The translations under genes and the position numbers were made by a program. The notes beneath the pieces are model-generated. The model was given only the letters and a program-made list of their open reading frames with translations, searched no databases and had not been told where the DNA came from. This document shows, one piece after another, positions 39,992 through 52,704 of a DNA stretch of 64,000 nucleotides (position 1 is its first letter; every line of letters begins with the position of its first letter). The stretch comes from Bugula neritina (lineage: Eukaryota; Animalia; Bryozoa), in NCBI GenBank assembly GCA_964035545.1, contig OZ037766.1, forward strand, positions 930,001 through 994,000. The letters are read 5' to 3'.

Positions 39992-42486
39992 ATGGGAAAA
40001 ACAATTGGAATAGATCTTGGAACCACCTACTCCTGTGTTGGAGTATTTCAACACGGAAAAGTGGAAATCATCGCCAACAGTCAAGGTTAGTAAAATACAG
40101 TGTAACCTTTACTATTTGTTTGTGAGATTGACCTAATTAATACTACATATGTTTATACTTGAAAGTTGATTTTTATTTATTAAATGTGATGCACTTATCC
40201 TGGGGCTAGATATTAATTTGAATTAAAATTGAAAAGTATTCCAAAAGTTGACTAAAAAGTTTTAAAATGTGAAATGCAATTGATTAATATTTTATGTTGA
40301 CTAAATTAAATCTAAATCAAGGAATAGCATAGAAACACATATGAAGATTTGAAAAACCTTAACCATTTAAGCTGACAATAACTTAACTGTGTCATTCATT
40401 ATTATAGTGACAATGCATTCTTTTTCTTTAGTCTTATGATGTTTCACTTCTAACTTATTCAGTGAATGTCGGCATTGCCATGGGATTCACCTCAGGCTTA
40501 ATAGTTGCTGCAACATAATTGTTATTGAATATCGATTCACTGATGGTAAAAATATTTTACATTGACAACCTAATGACTAATTTGTCAATTTTCAATGTTG
40601 GTGTTTTTTAGAAACATTTACATTACTACTTTATAACAATCACAGTTTCTTATTCTTCACTTTCCTCACGTATCTATACTATTGCAGGCAACAGAACTAC
40701 TCCAAGCTATGTTGGATTTACTGACTCTGAAAGGCTGATAGGAGACGCAGCTAAAAACCAGGTTGCCATGAACCCAGCAAACACAGTGTTTGATGCCAAA
40801 AGACTTATAGGAAGGAAATACACTGACACTGCAGTGCAGAAGGACATTAAGACGTGGCCTTTCAAAGTGATCAATGACAGTGGTAAACCAAAGATTCAAG
40901 TCGAACATCTGAATGAAACAAAAGTGCTGACACCGGAGGAGATCAGCGCCATGGTGCTGACGAGTATGAAAGAGACAGCCGAGGCATATCTGGGAGAGAA
41001 AGTAACAGATGCTGTTGTCACGGTGCCAGCGTACTTCAACGACTCTCAGCGACAGGCTACCAAAGACGCCGGAGTGATTGCTGGACTTAACGTCAAGAGA
41101 ATCATCAATGAGCCGACAGCCGCCGCGCTGGCCTACGGACTGGAAAAAAATCTGACCAATGAGAAAAACGTACTGATATTTGACTTGGGTGGTGGAACAT
41201 TTGACGTGTCTATTCTGAGTATTGATGAGGGATCTCTATTTGAGGTGAAATCAACAGCTGGTAACACTCATCTCGGAGGAGAAGACTTTGATGACAGACT
41301 AGTAGAGCATTTTATTAAAGAATTCCAACGGAAACACCACAAAGATGTGAGAGGAAACCCTCGTTCACTGAGACGTCTGAGAACGGCATGTGAGAGAGCA
41401 AAAAGAACACTCTCGACAAGTGCTCAAGCCAACTTAGAGATTGATTCTATGTTTGAGGGAATTGACTTTTACACAAGCATTACGAGAGCTCGGTTTGAGG
41501 AGCTTTGTGCTGACCTGTTCAGAGAAACACTGCAGCCTGTAGAGCAAGCTCTGAGAGATGCCAAGATGTCCAAAGGAGACATCCATGAGGTGGTACTGGT
41601 TGGCGGATCTACAAGAATACCAAAGATTCAGAAACTGCTGCAGGAGTTTATGGGTGGAAAGCAGCTGAACAAGTCTATCAACCCTGACGAGGCAGTAGCT
41701 TATGGAGCAGCTGTGCAAGCGGCTATTCTATCGGGTGACCAGCACGACGTGATCAAGGACGTGTTGTTGGTGGACGTAGCGGCTCTGTCTCTTGGCATAG
41801 AGACAGCTGGTGGAGTGATGACCAACCTCATAGACAGAAACACTCGTATTCCAACCAAACAGACAAAAGTGTTCACAACTTACGCCGACAACCAGCCAGC
41901 CGTGACCATACAAGTGTTTGAAGGAGAAAGACCGATGACTGCTAACAACAACCATCTCGGTAAATTTGACTTGACAGGAATTCCACCAGCCCCTAGAGGT
42001 GTTCCACAGATAGAAGTCACATTCGATTTGGATGCAAATGGCATTCTTAATGTACTGGCAGTAGACAAAAGCTCTGGAAAGTCTAGCAACATTACCATCA
42101 CCAATGACAAAGGTAGACTGAGTCAGGCTGAGATAGACGCCATGCTGGCGGATGCGGAGAAGTTCAAGGCTGAAGATGAGAAACAGAGAAAGAGAGTCCA
42201 AGCAAGAAACTCGTTGGAGAGTCTGGTATACCAGTACGAACAAGCCGCTGAGGAGAATGAATCTAAGCTGTCGACTGAAGACCTGAAACTGGTAAAAGAA
42301 GAGTGTGAGCAAGTGATAAGTTGGCTGGACAGTAACGGTCTGGCAGAGGAGGAAGAATATCAGCACCAGATGTCAGAGCTGCAGAAGAAGTGCTCTCCCA
42401 TCATGTCAAAACTCCACCAATCAGGAGGAAGTACTGGTAAAGCTGCATCTAACCAATCAGGCCCCACAGTTGAAGAGATGGACTGA
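39992..42486 (+). CDS. HSP70: Cytosolic heat-inducible-type HSP70, copy 1 (2 exons, 630 aa)
   Basis: Exon 1 39992-40085 ([14 protein letters not shown]...ANSQ, G|GTTAGT), exon 2 40688-42486 (GNRTTPSY...GPTVEEMD). Signatures [36 protein letters not shown]; no GGMP repeats. Confidence 0.97.
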
Positions 42487-43803
42487 TAACTTCTTTGATG
42501 TTACACACATATGTATAAAATATTTTATCACTTATTATAACAGCTAATCTAATCCGTTTGCAATGTTTTATATATAATCTAATCAGTCTACCTCAACCTT
42601 CATATTTATTAATGCTAAAATATTTTTTTTTATGTAATGTAATTTAGCAATCCATTAATTTATATGTTAGTACTATAATGAAATATTTAAGATTGTATTT
42701 CAGAATTATATATATAATATTACCTTTTTCAGATAAAGAAAACAATTATCCTGAAAAACATATATACATCATAATTTTTTTAGAAATAAAAAAATAACAA
42801 AAATATTGCTAGATTTGGCTTTTATAATGATTGATGAAATATATTAATCAAAATGTCACACAGGCTATCATAAAATATAGTCCAATTTTTATTGCACCAG
42901 CATGCAACCTAGTTATTAAATTCATTATAGCAATTATAATATATTTTTGAGTACTCAAAAATCTACACGTAGCCTGCAAATTATAAAAATAATGTAGAAA
43001 ATCTCTAAATTGACAATTGCTTTGTTGATACTAAAATCTTTCTAGTAGCAGCCGTAGGTTCCAGACACAAACCTTTAGGATTAGAAAATCTTACGAGAAC
43101 TTTAATATTCGCTCAAAAAATTCTAGAAATAAGCAAATGATGTCTTGACGCTTCTTTCATGACTTACCAACTGCAACATATGTCAATCAAAACACTCAAT
43201 TGGATTTCAGAATTTATTACTCAACCATTTCACACAATGATGAAAGCAGTACATTGACAAAAAAGTAATTTTTACTTTTCAAGACTCTTTTTCAAAAGCT
43301 TTCACACTTGGAATCAAGCTGAAACATGCTACTTGCACAGAGCAAGGTTTTTGCAAGACGTGAAAAGATGTGAAATTAATGGAATGCAACACAAAAATTT
43401 GGGTGATATCCTAAGATGCCTCATAATGAAAGAACTCTTTTTGTGATTCACAAGCTTGTAGAATACACTTCAACAGCTGATGTACAAAAACCATGTTATT
43501 AGAAATTAGTAAATCTGAAAACCTGCATTGTTTGTAGTTCCTTTGATCAATCATAAGGATGGAAAACACTTTATTATGAACTTTCAAATATTTATTTAGT
43601 CATTTCACCATTTCGATGATGAGTGATTATTGGTTTACTACAGTATATGATATTCATAATATTATTGCTCTATTTAGTAATAAAAAAAAGTAATATTGAC
43701 AGAAATATAGTTTCGTAAATAGAAAACAAAACAGTGATCACTGTGATGGTAGTCACTTTTGTCACATCTAAATTATTAATCTTTGATGCATGCTTAGAGT
43801 GTC

Positions 43804-43853
<50 letters not shown>

Positions 43854-43856
<3 letters not shown>

Positions 43857-44124
43857 CTCAATCTGTGGACAGCAGCTGTTTCAGGGTTTGTCCCCTCATC
43901 AGCACAGAACAGAGTACCATGGCCCACACCTTCGCAATAGTAGAAACTTATGTTTCTACTAAAGCATATTTAAAAGGTGTGTAAACTCAAGCCAGAGAGC
44001 TCAAGTGACTCTAGGGGTCGCCTAGGAGTCACGAGCCTTGCAAAATGCTAGCAGCTTGAGTTTGTGACCATGGTGAGAGAGCTCAATCACTGAATGTCAT
44101 TGCTGAGCATTAAGTGAGAGCATA
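43854..44124 (-). mobile_element. ~270-bp hammerhead-bearing element (retrozyme or Penelope-like pLTR fragment) within (TA)n
   Basis: More GC-rich unique segment carrying the hammerhead, bounded by (TA)n at 43807-43853 and 44125-44239. Confidence 0.6.
43862..43908 (-). ncRNA. Type I hammerhead ribozyme
   Basis: Minus strand reads UCUGUG CUGAUGA GGGG-ACAAA-CCCU GAA ACAG-CUG-CUGU C CACAGA: 6-bp stem I, CUGAUGA and GAAA core, stems II and III, GUC cleavage triplet (cut between 43868 and 43867). Confidence 0.85.
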
Positions 44125-44157
44125 ATACCTATATATACCTATATATACCTATATATA

Positions 44158-44233
<76 letters not shown>

Positions 44234-44880
44234 TATATAGTGCTCTTCTTGATTGCATGTTAATGCCCACTCCTATAAGAATAAAGGTAGACAGATTAGG
44301 GAACTATGAACTATTCTATTGATGATGTGCTAATTATAGCTTCTGGATTCAACACTCACTCCTACATGAGTTCTAAATAAATGTGTTCACAAATCATAAT
44401 CTGTTGCACTTTTCTTTTCTTTATGCAACCCCTCTCTTGTACATATCCCTTTTTATATACCCACAGTAGTATTTATAGCCATTACACAACCCATACTTAC
44501 ACTATATTACTGCCAAATTGACTCAACTTTTAATTGTGTGGTCCCTGCATAAGAGCCCTTAACTCCCCCCACCCTGTTTTAATCTTTTTTGAAAAAGAAG
44601 CAACTTAGATAGAGCACTATAAAAACTCGGCACTTCGGTCTATATACTAGTTGACTAGATAGGAAATGCCAATGGAAAGTTTTTAATTAAAAGCGTTTCA
44701 ATTCTTAGTTTAATTTGAAGAATTTGCACTATAATATGCATCATCACATACACAAGAGTTACAAGTACTCATTCTGATTATAATGGCTAGAACTTAGCAC
44801 TAGGTAGCCTCTTAACTCTCAAAATATTAATTGAAACTCATAATAATGATTGCATTATGATTGGCACTTGAAGCGAGCAA

Positions 44881-45060
44881 ATCTAGAATATTCTACAAGG
44901 TAGTTTGTAAGTACTGCCGTCCCATTATGCAAGTTATGCAAGATTATTGTTGTGCATAAATGCTTGATGATTTCATTGGTCGAAGCAGGGATTTTCCAAA
45001 ATCTCCACATGCTACGAGAAAATTCTCAGTTTTACAGAATGTTCATTGGCTATATAAAAG
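44881..45060 (+). promoter_or_regulatory. HSP70 copy 2 promoter: heat-shock elements and TATA box
   Basis: ATCtaGAAtaTTC (44881), GAAaaTTC (~45018), GAAtgTTC (~45037), TATATAAAAG 45051; same ATTGG-HSE-HSE-HSE-TATA order as copy 1. Confidence 0.8.
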
Positions 45061-45181
45061 AACGGCACTTCGCGTTGTCAATCATTCCAGGATATAAAGG
45101 AAGAAAGTTACTGCTACTCGCTGAATATCTACTACTATCACTCAACAGTTGCTACAACTACGAATCACTATTGTCATTGCA

Positions 45182-47502
45182 ATGGGAAAGACTATTGGAA
45201 TAGATCTTGGAACTACCTACTCTTGTGTGGGAGTGTTTCAACATGGAAAGGTGGAAATAATAGCCAACAGTCAAGGTGAACAAATAAACAATAACTTAGT
45301 TTTTGATATTGTTATAAATATGCAACTGCAAGTTAAATTTTCGAAAACTAAAGCTATTTTTTTCTCAAATATTTCATCACTGTACATTATTGATTACAGT
45401 TACTAAGAGTAAGTAATGTTGAAAATTGTTTAATTATTTAAAGTTTCGATTTTATAATTTTGCTGATCAAATTGACTGAATCAAATTGTTTGAATGTCAC
45501 TAATAGTAATAGTAATTGTTGTGGACTCATAATAAATAATAAATATTTATATAGCATATTTTTAATTTGAAGCAAGCAAAATATTATTTGAAAACAAATC
45601 TTGATTTAGTTGTAGTATTCAATAGTTTATAAATCGGTAAACTATTTGTAACTATTGTGCTCTTGATATTAATTATTATAGTAATGTATTTATACTATTG
45701 CAGGCAACAGAACTACTCCAAGCTACGTTGGATTTACTGACTCTGAAAGGCTGATAGGAGATGCAGCTAAAAACCAGGTTGCCATGAACCCAGCAAACAC
45801 AGTGTTTGATGCCAAAAGACTTATAGGAAGGAAATACACTGATACTGCAGTGCAGAAGGACATTAAGACCTGGCCTTTCAAAGTGATCAATGACAGTGGT
45901 AAACCAAAGGTTCAAGTCGAACATCTGAATGAGACGAAAGTGCTGACACCGGAGGAGATCAGCGCCATGGTGCTGACAAGTATGAAGGAGACAGCTGAGG
46001 CATATCTGGGAGAGAAAGTAACAGATGCTGTTGTCACAGTGCCAGCGTACTTCAATGACTCCCAGCGACAGGCTACCAAAGACGCCGGAGTGATTGCTGG
46101 ACTCAACGTCAAGAGAATCATCAATGAGCCGACAGCTGCCGCGCTGGCATACGGACTGGAAAAAAATCTGACCAATGAGAGAAATGTACTGATATTTGAC
46201 TTGGGTGGTGGAACATTTGACGTGTCTATTCTGAGTATTGATGAGGGATCTCTATTTGAGGTGAAATCAACAGCTGGTAACACTCATCTTGGAGGAGAAG
46301 ACTTTGATGACAGACTAGTAGAGCATTTTATTAAAGAATTCCAACGAAAACACCACAAAGATGTGAGAGGAAACCCTCGTTCACTGAGACGTCTGAGAAC
46401 GGCATGTGAAAGAGCAAAAAGAACACTCTCGACAAGTGCTCAAGCCAACATAGAGATTGATTCTATGTTTGAGGGAATTGACTTTTACACAAGCATTACG
46501 AGAGCTCGATTTGAGGAGCTTTGTGCCGACCTGTTCAGAGAAACACTACAGCCTGTAGAGCAAGCTCTGAGAGATGCCAAGATGTCCAAAGGAGACATCC
46601 ATGAGGTGGTACTGGTTGGAGGATCTACAAGAATACCAAAGATTCAGAAACTGCTGCAGGAGTTCATGGGTGGAAAGCAGCTGAACAAGTCTATCAACCC
46701 TGACGAGGCAGTAGCTTATGGAGCAGCTGTGCAAGCGGCTATTCTATCGGGTGACCAGCACGACGTGATCAAGGACGTGTTGTTGGTGGACGTAGCGGCT
46801 CTGTCCTTGGGCATAGAGACAGCTGGTGGAGTGATGACCAACCTCATAGACAGAAACACTCGTATTCCAACCAAACAGACAAAAGTGTTCACAACTTACG
46901 CCGACAACCAGCCAGCCGTGACCATACAAGTGTTTGAAGGAGAAAGACCGATGACTGCTGACAACAACCATCTCGGTAAATTTGACTTGACAGGAATTCC
47001 ACCAGCTCCTAGAGGCGTTCCACAGATAGAAGTCACATTCGATTTGGATGCAAATGGCATTCTCAATGTCCAGGCAGTAGATAAAAGCTCTGGAAAGTCT
47101 AGCAACATTACCATCACCAATGACAAAGGTAGACTGAGTCAGGCTGAGATAGACGCCATGCTGGCCGATGCGGAGAAGTTCAAGGCTAAAGATGAGAAAC
47201 AGAGAAAGAGAGTTCAAGCAAGAAACTCGTTGGAGAGTCTGGTATACCAGTACAAACAAGCTGCTGAGGAGAATGAATCTAAGCTGTCGCCTGAAGACCT
47301 GAAACTGGTAAAAGAAGAGTGTGAGCAAGTGATGGGTTGGCTGGACAGCAACGGTCTGGCAGAGGAGGAAGAATATCAGCACCAGATGTCAGAGCTGCAG
47401 AAGAAGTGCTCTCCCATCATGTCAAAACTCCACCAATCAGGAGGAAGTACTGGTAAAGCTGCATCTAACCAATCAGGCCCAACAGTTGAAGAGATGGACT
47501 GA
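45182..47502 (+). CDS. HSP70: Cytosolic heat-inducible-type HSP70, copy 2 (2 exons, 630 aa)
   Basis: Exon 1 45182-45275 (G|GTGAAC), exon 2 45704-47502; same intron position and nearly identical protein to copy 1. Confidence 0.97.
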
Positions 47503-48229
47503 TAACTTCTTTGATGTTACACATATGTATAAAATATTTTATCACTTATTATAACAGCTAATCTAATCTGTTTGCAATGTTTTATATATCTAATCAGTCT
47601 ACCTCAACCTTCATATTTAATAATGCTGAAATATTTTATGTATGCAATATAATTTAGCAATCCATTAATTTATATATTAGTGGACTAATAACTTCTTTTA
47701 TGTTACACATATGTATAAAATATTTTCTCCAGTGTATTATCTGTAATGTTTTGTATATTTGATCAGTTAACCTCAACCTATTTATAACTAAAATATTTAA
47801 ATCATTATATTATATATATTTTCATGTCTGGTTTTAATAAATTATTATTAATGAAATACTTATTTAACATTTTATTGAACTCCTGAATGCATATTTTACA
47901 TTTCAATATGAGAAAATAAAATCTGATTTTGTTGGTACACTTAAATTTATTGTCTTTAGACAGTTCTTTTCCAAACATGTCATCTAACAACAAATATAAT
48001 GCATACAATCTTGCTGCACCCAAAGTGTATAACATAAATAAAGTTGGTTATCTAATATGACATAAGAATCACAAAACACTGCAATAAAAAACCTCTTAGC
48101 ACATGTAGACTGACTCTGCAGGCGCTGAAATCCTCAGATTAAACTATTGGGTTGGCCACGCGATGTTTGGGTGACCCTAGACTATACATGCCGTGGTATT
48201 TCCTACTCAGAATGTTAGTACGAGATGCT

Positions 48230-51200
48230 CTACTTTGGTACGCCTTTCCTGAACTTGAGAGTGGCCGTGCCGGTCTGGTCTCGTGCTGGCGGCTTCGGTG
48301 GTCGAAACTCAATCTTCAGGTTCTTGATAGGAGCCCACTTGAACCTCTTCCAGTAGTAGACGGAGGGCAGGAGGACACTCATCACCATCAGAAACTGTAA
48401 GTTAAGGAATAAACTAAACTTGTCATACAATGAGCACCAAAGGACAACACAATACACCAGGTCTTTCTTAACAACTTTATAAAACATTTCGCATGCTTCA
48501 AAACAAATCTTCTACCAACTATGAAACTACTACTTCGAATTATTTTCCTATATCAAAACTATTTCAAAAGCCACTTTATAGATAATCATCATTTCATACA
48601 GGGTACTACTGATACTACACTGAGTACTATACTGAGTACTATACTGAGTAGACTGAGTTACCTTGATGGCCATTTCCTTCCTGGTGTTGAGTTCGGGCTG
48701 AGCTATCCAAGCTAAGAACTCCGTGACGTCTTTGGCCAGCTGAGATACAGGAGCCGGGGTACCTGGTAGTAAGATAGAATGGTCGGAGTGTAACACAACG
48801 TATGCAAGGGTCCAGGACACACATGCATTTACAACACAGCAACAGGAATAACATTGTCTACTAGCACTGTAGGCTTGCATCACATTACAAAACTAGCAGC
48901 AATGTGATAGAACAGAAATTAGCCCAAACATTCTAGTAATTAGAAATTAAAAAATTAGGAGCTGCAAGCACATCAACGGTAAACCTTTTGACATATAAAC
49001 TCTTGACTAACAGACTGCCGCTGACCTAAGTGATACTGTCACACCGCTGACCTAAGTTATGCTGTCACACTGACAGATAGTTTGAGTCTACATACCGTCA
49101 GCATACTCGTATATTCCGGGGAAGAGAGCCTGAGCCATGCCGATAGCTCCTCCTGCAAAGTAAGGATTGTAGTGTAGACCGTCCTTCAAATCGAACCCCT
49201 CCGGTGGGTCGCAGTATCCAGTGAGAAGAGAGAATACGTAGTCCTGCAACCAGAGCATAGCAATATACTGCTACCTCTCTCTCTCTGTCTAACCAGAGCA
49301 TAGCAATATACTACTACCTCTCTCTCTCTGTCTAACTGGTACACTATAACTATACTACTACCTCTTTCTCTCTGTCTAACCAGAGCATAGCAATATACTA
49401 CTACCTCTCTCTCTCTGTCTAACCAGAGCATAGCACTATACTACTGCCTCTCTCTCTGTCTAACCAGAGCATAGCACTATACTGCTACCTCTCTCTCTCT
49501 CTCTGTCTAACCAGAGCATAGCAATATACTACTACCTCTCTCTCTGTCTAACCAGAGCATAGCAATATACTACTACCTCTCTCTCTCTGTCTAACCAGAG
49601 CATAGCAATATACTACTACCTCTCTCTCTCTGTCTAACCAGAGCATAGCAATATACTACTACCTCTCTCTCTCTGTCTAACCAGAGCATAGCAATATACT
49701 ACTACCTCTCTCTCTCTGTCTAACCAGAGCATAGCAATATACTACTACCTCTCTCTCTCTGTCTAACCAGAGCATAGCAATATACTACTACCTCTCTCTC
49801 TCTCTGTCTAACCAGAGCATAGCACTATACTACTACCTCTCTCTCTGTCTAACCAGAGCATAGCAATATACTACTACCTCTCTCTCTGTCTAACCAGAGC
49901 ATAGCACTATACTACTACCTCTCTCTTTGTCTAACCAAAGCATAGCACTATACTGCTACCTTTCTCTCTTTGTCTAACCAGAGCATAGCACTATACTGCT
50001 ACCTCTCTCTCTTTGTCTAACCAGAGCATAGCAATATACTACTACCTCTCTCTCTGTCTAACCAGAGCATAGCAATATACTACTACCTCTCTCTCTCTGT
50101 CTAACCAGAGCATAGCAATATACTACTACCTCTCTCTCTCTGTCTAACCAGAGCATAGCAATATACTACTACCTCTCTCTCTCTGTCTAACCAGAGCATA
50201 GCAATATACTACTACCTCTCTCTCTCTGTCTAACCAGAGCATAGCAATATACTACTACCTCTCTCTCTCTGTCTAACCAGAGCATAGCAATATACTACTA
50301 CCTCTCTCTCTCTCTGTCTAACCAGAGCATAGCACTATACTACTACCTCTCTCTCTGTCTAACCAGAGCATAGCAATATACTACTACCTCTCTCTCTCTC
50401 TGTCTAACCAAAGCATAGCACTATACTGCTACCTTTCTCTCTTTGTCTAACCAGAGCATAGCAATATACTGCTACCTCTCTCTCTGTCTAACCAGAGCAT
50501 AGCACTATACTACTGCCTCTCTCTCTGTCTAACTAGTACACTATAACTACACTCCTTACCTCACCCCCTTCCGTGTCTGGTTATAAAATATAACTACACT
50601 CCTTACCTCACCCCCTCCCGTGTCTGGTTATAAAATATAACTACACTCCTTACCTCACCCCCTCCTGTGTCCGGCTATAAAATATAACTACACTCCTTAC
50701 CTCACCCCCGTGTCTAGCTAAGACAATATAACTCAGATCTGGAGGCAGAGCTCCGTTGTTGGCGAATCTAGCTTCTTCGTCATTTCTGTAAGGCATGGGG
50801 AGCTTGTCACTGAGTTTACCTGGCCTCTCAAACATCTCACCTGTATCATCGGGTCCGTCTACTATGTCTACCTGCAGTAGTTCAAAGTCTATGAAACTAA
50901 GTATATAGAGTATACAGAGTATACAGAGTAGAGTACACAGAGTAGAGTATACGGAGTAGAGTATACGAAGTAGAGTATACGGAGTAGAGTGTACAGAGTA
51001 GAGTGTACAGAGTAGAGTATACAGAGTAGAGTGTACGGAGTAGAGTGTACGGAGTAGAGTGTACGGAGTAGAGTGTACAGAGTATACAGAGTATACAGAG
51101 TACACAGAGCACACAGAGTATACAGAGTATACGAAACAGAACGAATACAAACCTCTGCAGCTTCTGCTTTAGCCTCCTCTTCAGTCATAAACACGCCCAC

Positions 51201-51933
51201 CATCTCACGGAAGGCGAGATACTTTATACTGTGACACTGTTTACACACATTCTTGTACACCAGGTAGCCTCTCCGTAAACTAAAATACAACATCTATATT
51301 CTCACAAGTTCAACAACTTAGTGAACATAACACAACACCCATGTCACTGTTTCAATGTATGTATTTCTCAGCAGCCTAGTGTTCACACTAATACCACCAT
51401 AATGTAGAGAGCACACAAGTCTCAGAGCAGCCAGAGAGAGGTTAAGTATTCCACCTGTAGAGTAGTAGACTACTATACCTGGCTGAGTCAAAGGATCCAA
51501 ACACCTTGTTGTGAGCCCACTCGTGTGCGGGAGGATGAAGTAGCAACTCTGCGGCCTTGAGAGGTCGCTTTTCAAGGTTATAGACTGTGAGAGCAGCGGT
51601 GGCCCCGGTGACCCCAAATAGAGATGCTGCCTACATTGTAATGAAGACTGTGTGTTGCTATGGTGACAATATTAAACTTATACTTGAAATAAAACTGGTA
51701 TTAAAAAGTCCTTATTGAAAAATTATTCATTGCTTAAATTTTAAATTTCCAGCTTTGCAGCTTTATATACAAATGATAAACTTGCTTGAAGTTTATTCTG
51801 CAGCTGTACCACACTAAAAAAACTTTGGTGAAAAACACAACATGAATAGAAGAGCAGTTGTACACAGTCATATGACACAACAATAGTTACATTTATTACT
51901 TACTATTTTCTTGAAAGGAGACCAAGCAGCCAT
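48230..51933 (-). CDS. CYC1: Cytochrome c1, heme protein of mitochondrial complex III, 7 coding exons, ~297 aa
   Basis: Exons 51933-51904 (less certain), 51630-51479, 51279-51153, 50871-50701, 49243-49096, 48762-48662, 48394-48230; GT-AG, phases consistent (894 nt). Motifs [21 protein letters not shown] (CxxCH), [25 protein letters not shown] (Met ligand), C-terminal TM helix. Confidence 0.94.
49248..50533. repeat. Intronic minisatellite, ~40-46-bp unit AACCAGAGCATAGCAATATACTACTACC(TC)nTGTCT
   Basis: About 30 copies filling most of CYC1 intron 4 and running up to the acceptor. Confidence 0.95.
50541..50716. repeat. 47-bp tandem repeat duplicating the CYC1 exon-4 end and donor
   Basis: CTTACCTCACCCC at 50555, 50602, 50649, 50696 (47-bp spacing). 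Confidence 0.9.
50900..51130. repeat. Intronic low-complexity repeat (AGAGT/TACAG units)
   Basis: Fills most of CYC1 intron 3. Confidence 0.88.
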
Positions 51934-52704
51934 TCTTGTTCACCTAAATCACGCTCAGTCTAAAACAAGCATGAAATCAACACTAATAAACTATGTGAAC
52001 TATGAACTATGTGAATTCATACAGCTTTGATCAACTACATTTCACACAATGAAATAACCAGGATAATGCCAAAAGGAGACAGAATAATGTGCAAATTAGA
52101 TCTCCATGAGCTGACGACTTTGAATAATTAATAGAAATATATTCACACACTGTTGTAGACAAAATAATATTAATTAGTAGTCACTACAGCCTGATGGGCA
52201 CAATAATTACTATAAGTATAATATAAAATATTAATAGTAAGTAGCAAAGACATAATCCTAATGATAATCAGGATGAGCATCACTATCAGTATGAAATGGT
52301 AAACTCATTATCACCCTATTCACTGTCACTAATAACCAGCGGCTGTGGATTTTATAATTTAAATGATATTTTGAAACATTCGCGATACAGGTTTCGTTTG
52401 CATTCCCTTATTTGTACTTAGAGACACTAGTTTTACTAATTTTAAGCTAGTTATCAAGTACTAAAACCTGTTTTGGGTTATATGGTTTAGTTTTAGATTT
52501 ATACTAGCTTCTACTTTCCACGCTACTGTGAGTGTAAGCCGCTACTGTGAGTGTAAGCCGTGAGACAAACCCAACAGCTGAAACACAAACAGTAACCGTA
52601 ACTCTAACTCTTAACTAAAGTTTAATCTGAAAAATAAATTCAACTTCAACTTTAGGTCAAACTGTTGTACACTAGCAGCAAGTGTAACACCTACAGTCAC
52701 TGAG

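Noticed and set aside
41728-42366. 212-aa antisense ORF, repeated at 46744-47382
   Set aside because: Shadow of the HSP70 coding strand; duplicated only because the gene is.
49248-50533. Regularly spaced repeats resembling a CRISPR array
   Set aside because: No unique spacers, no cas genes, eukaryotic intron.
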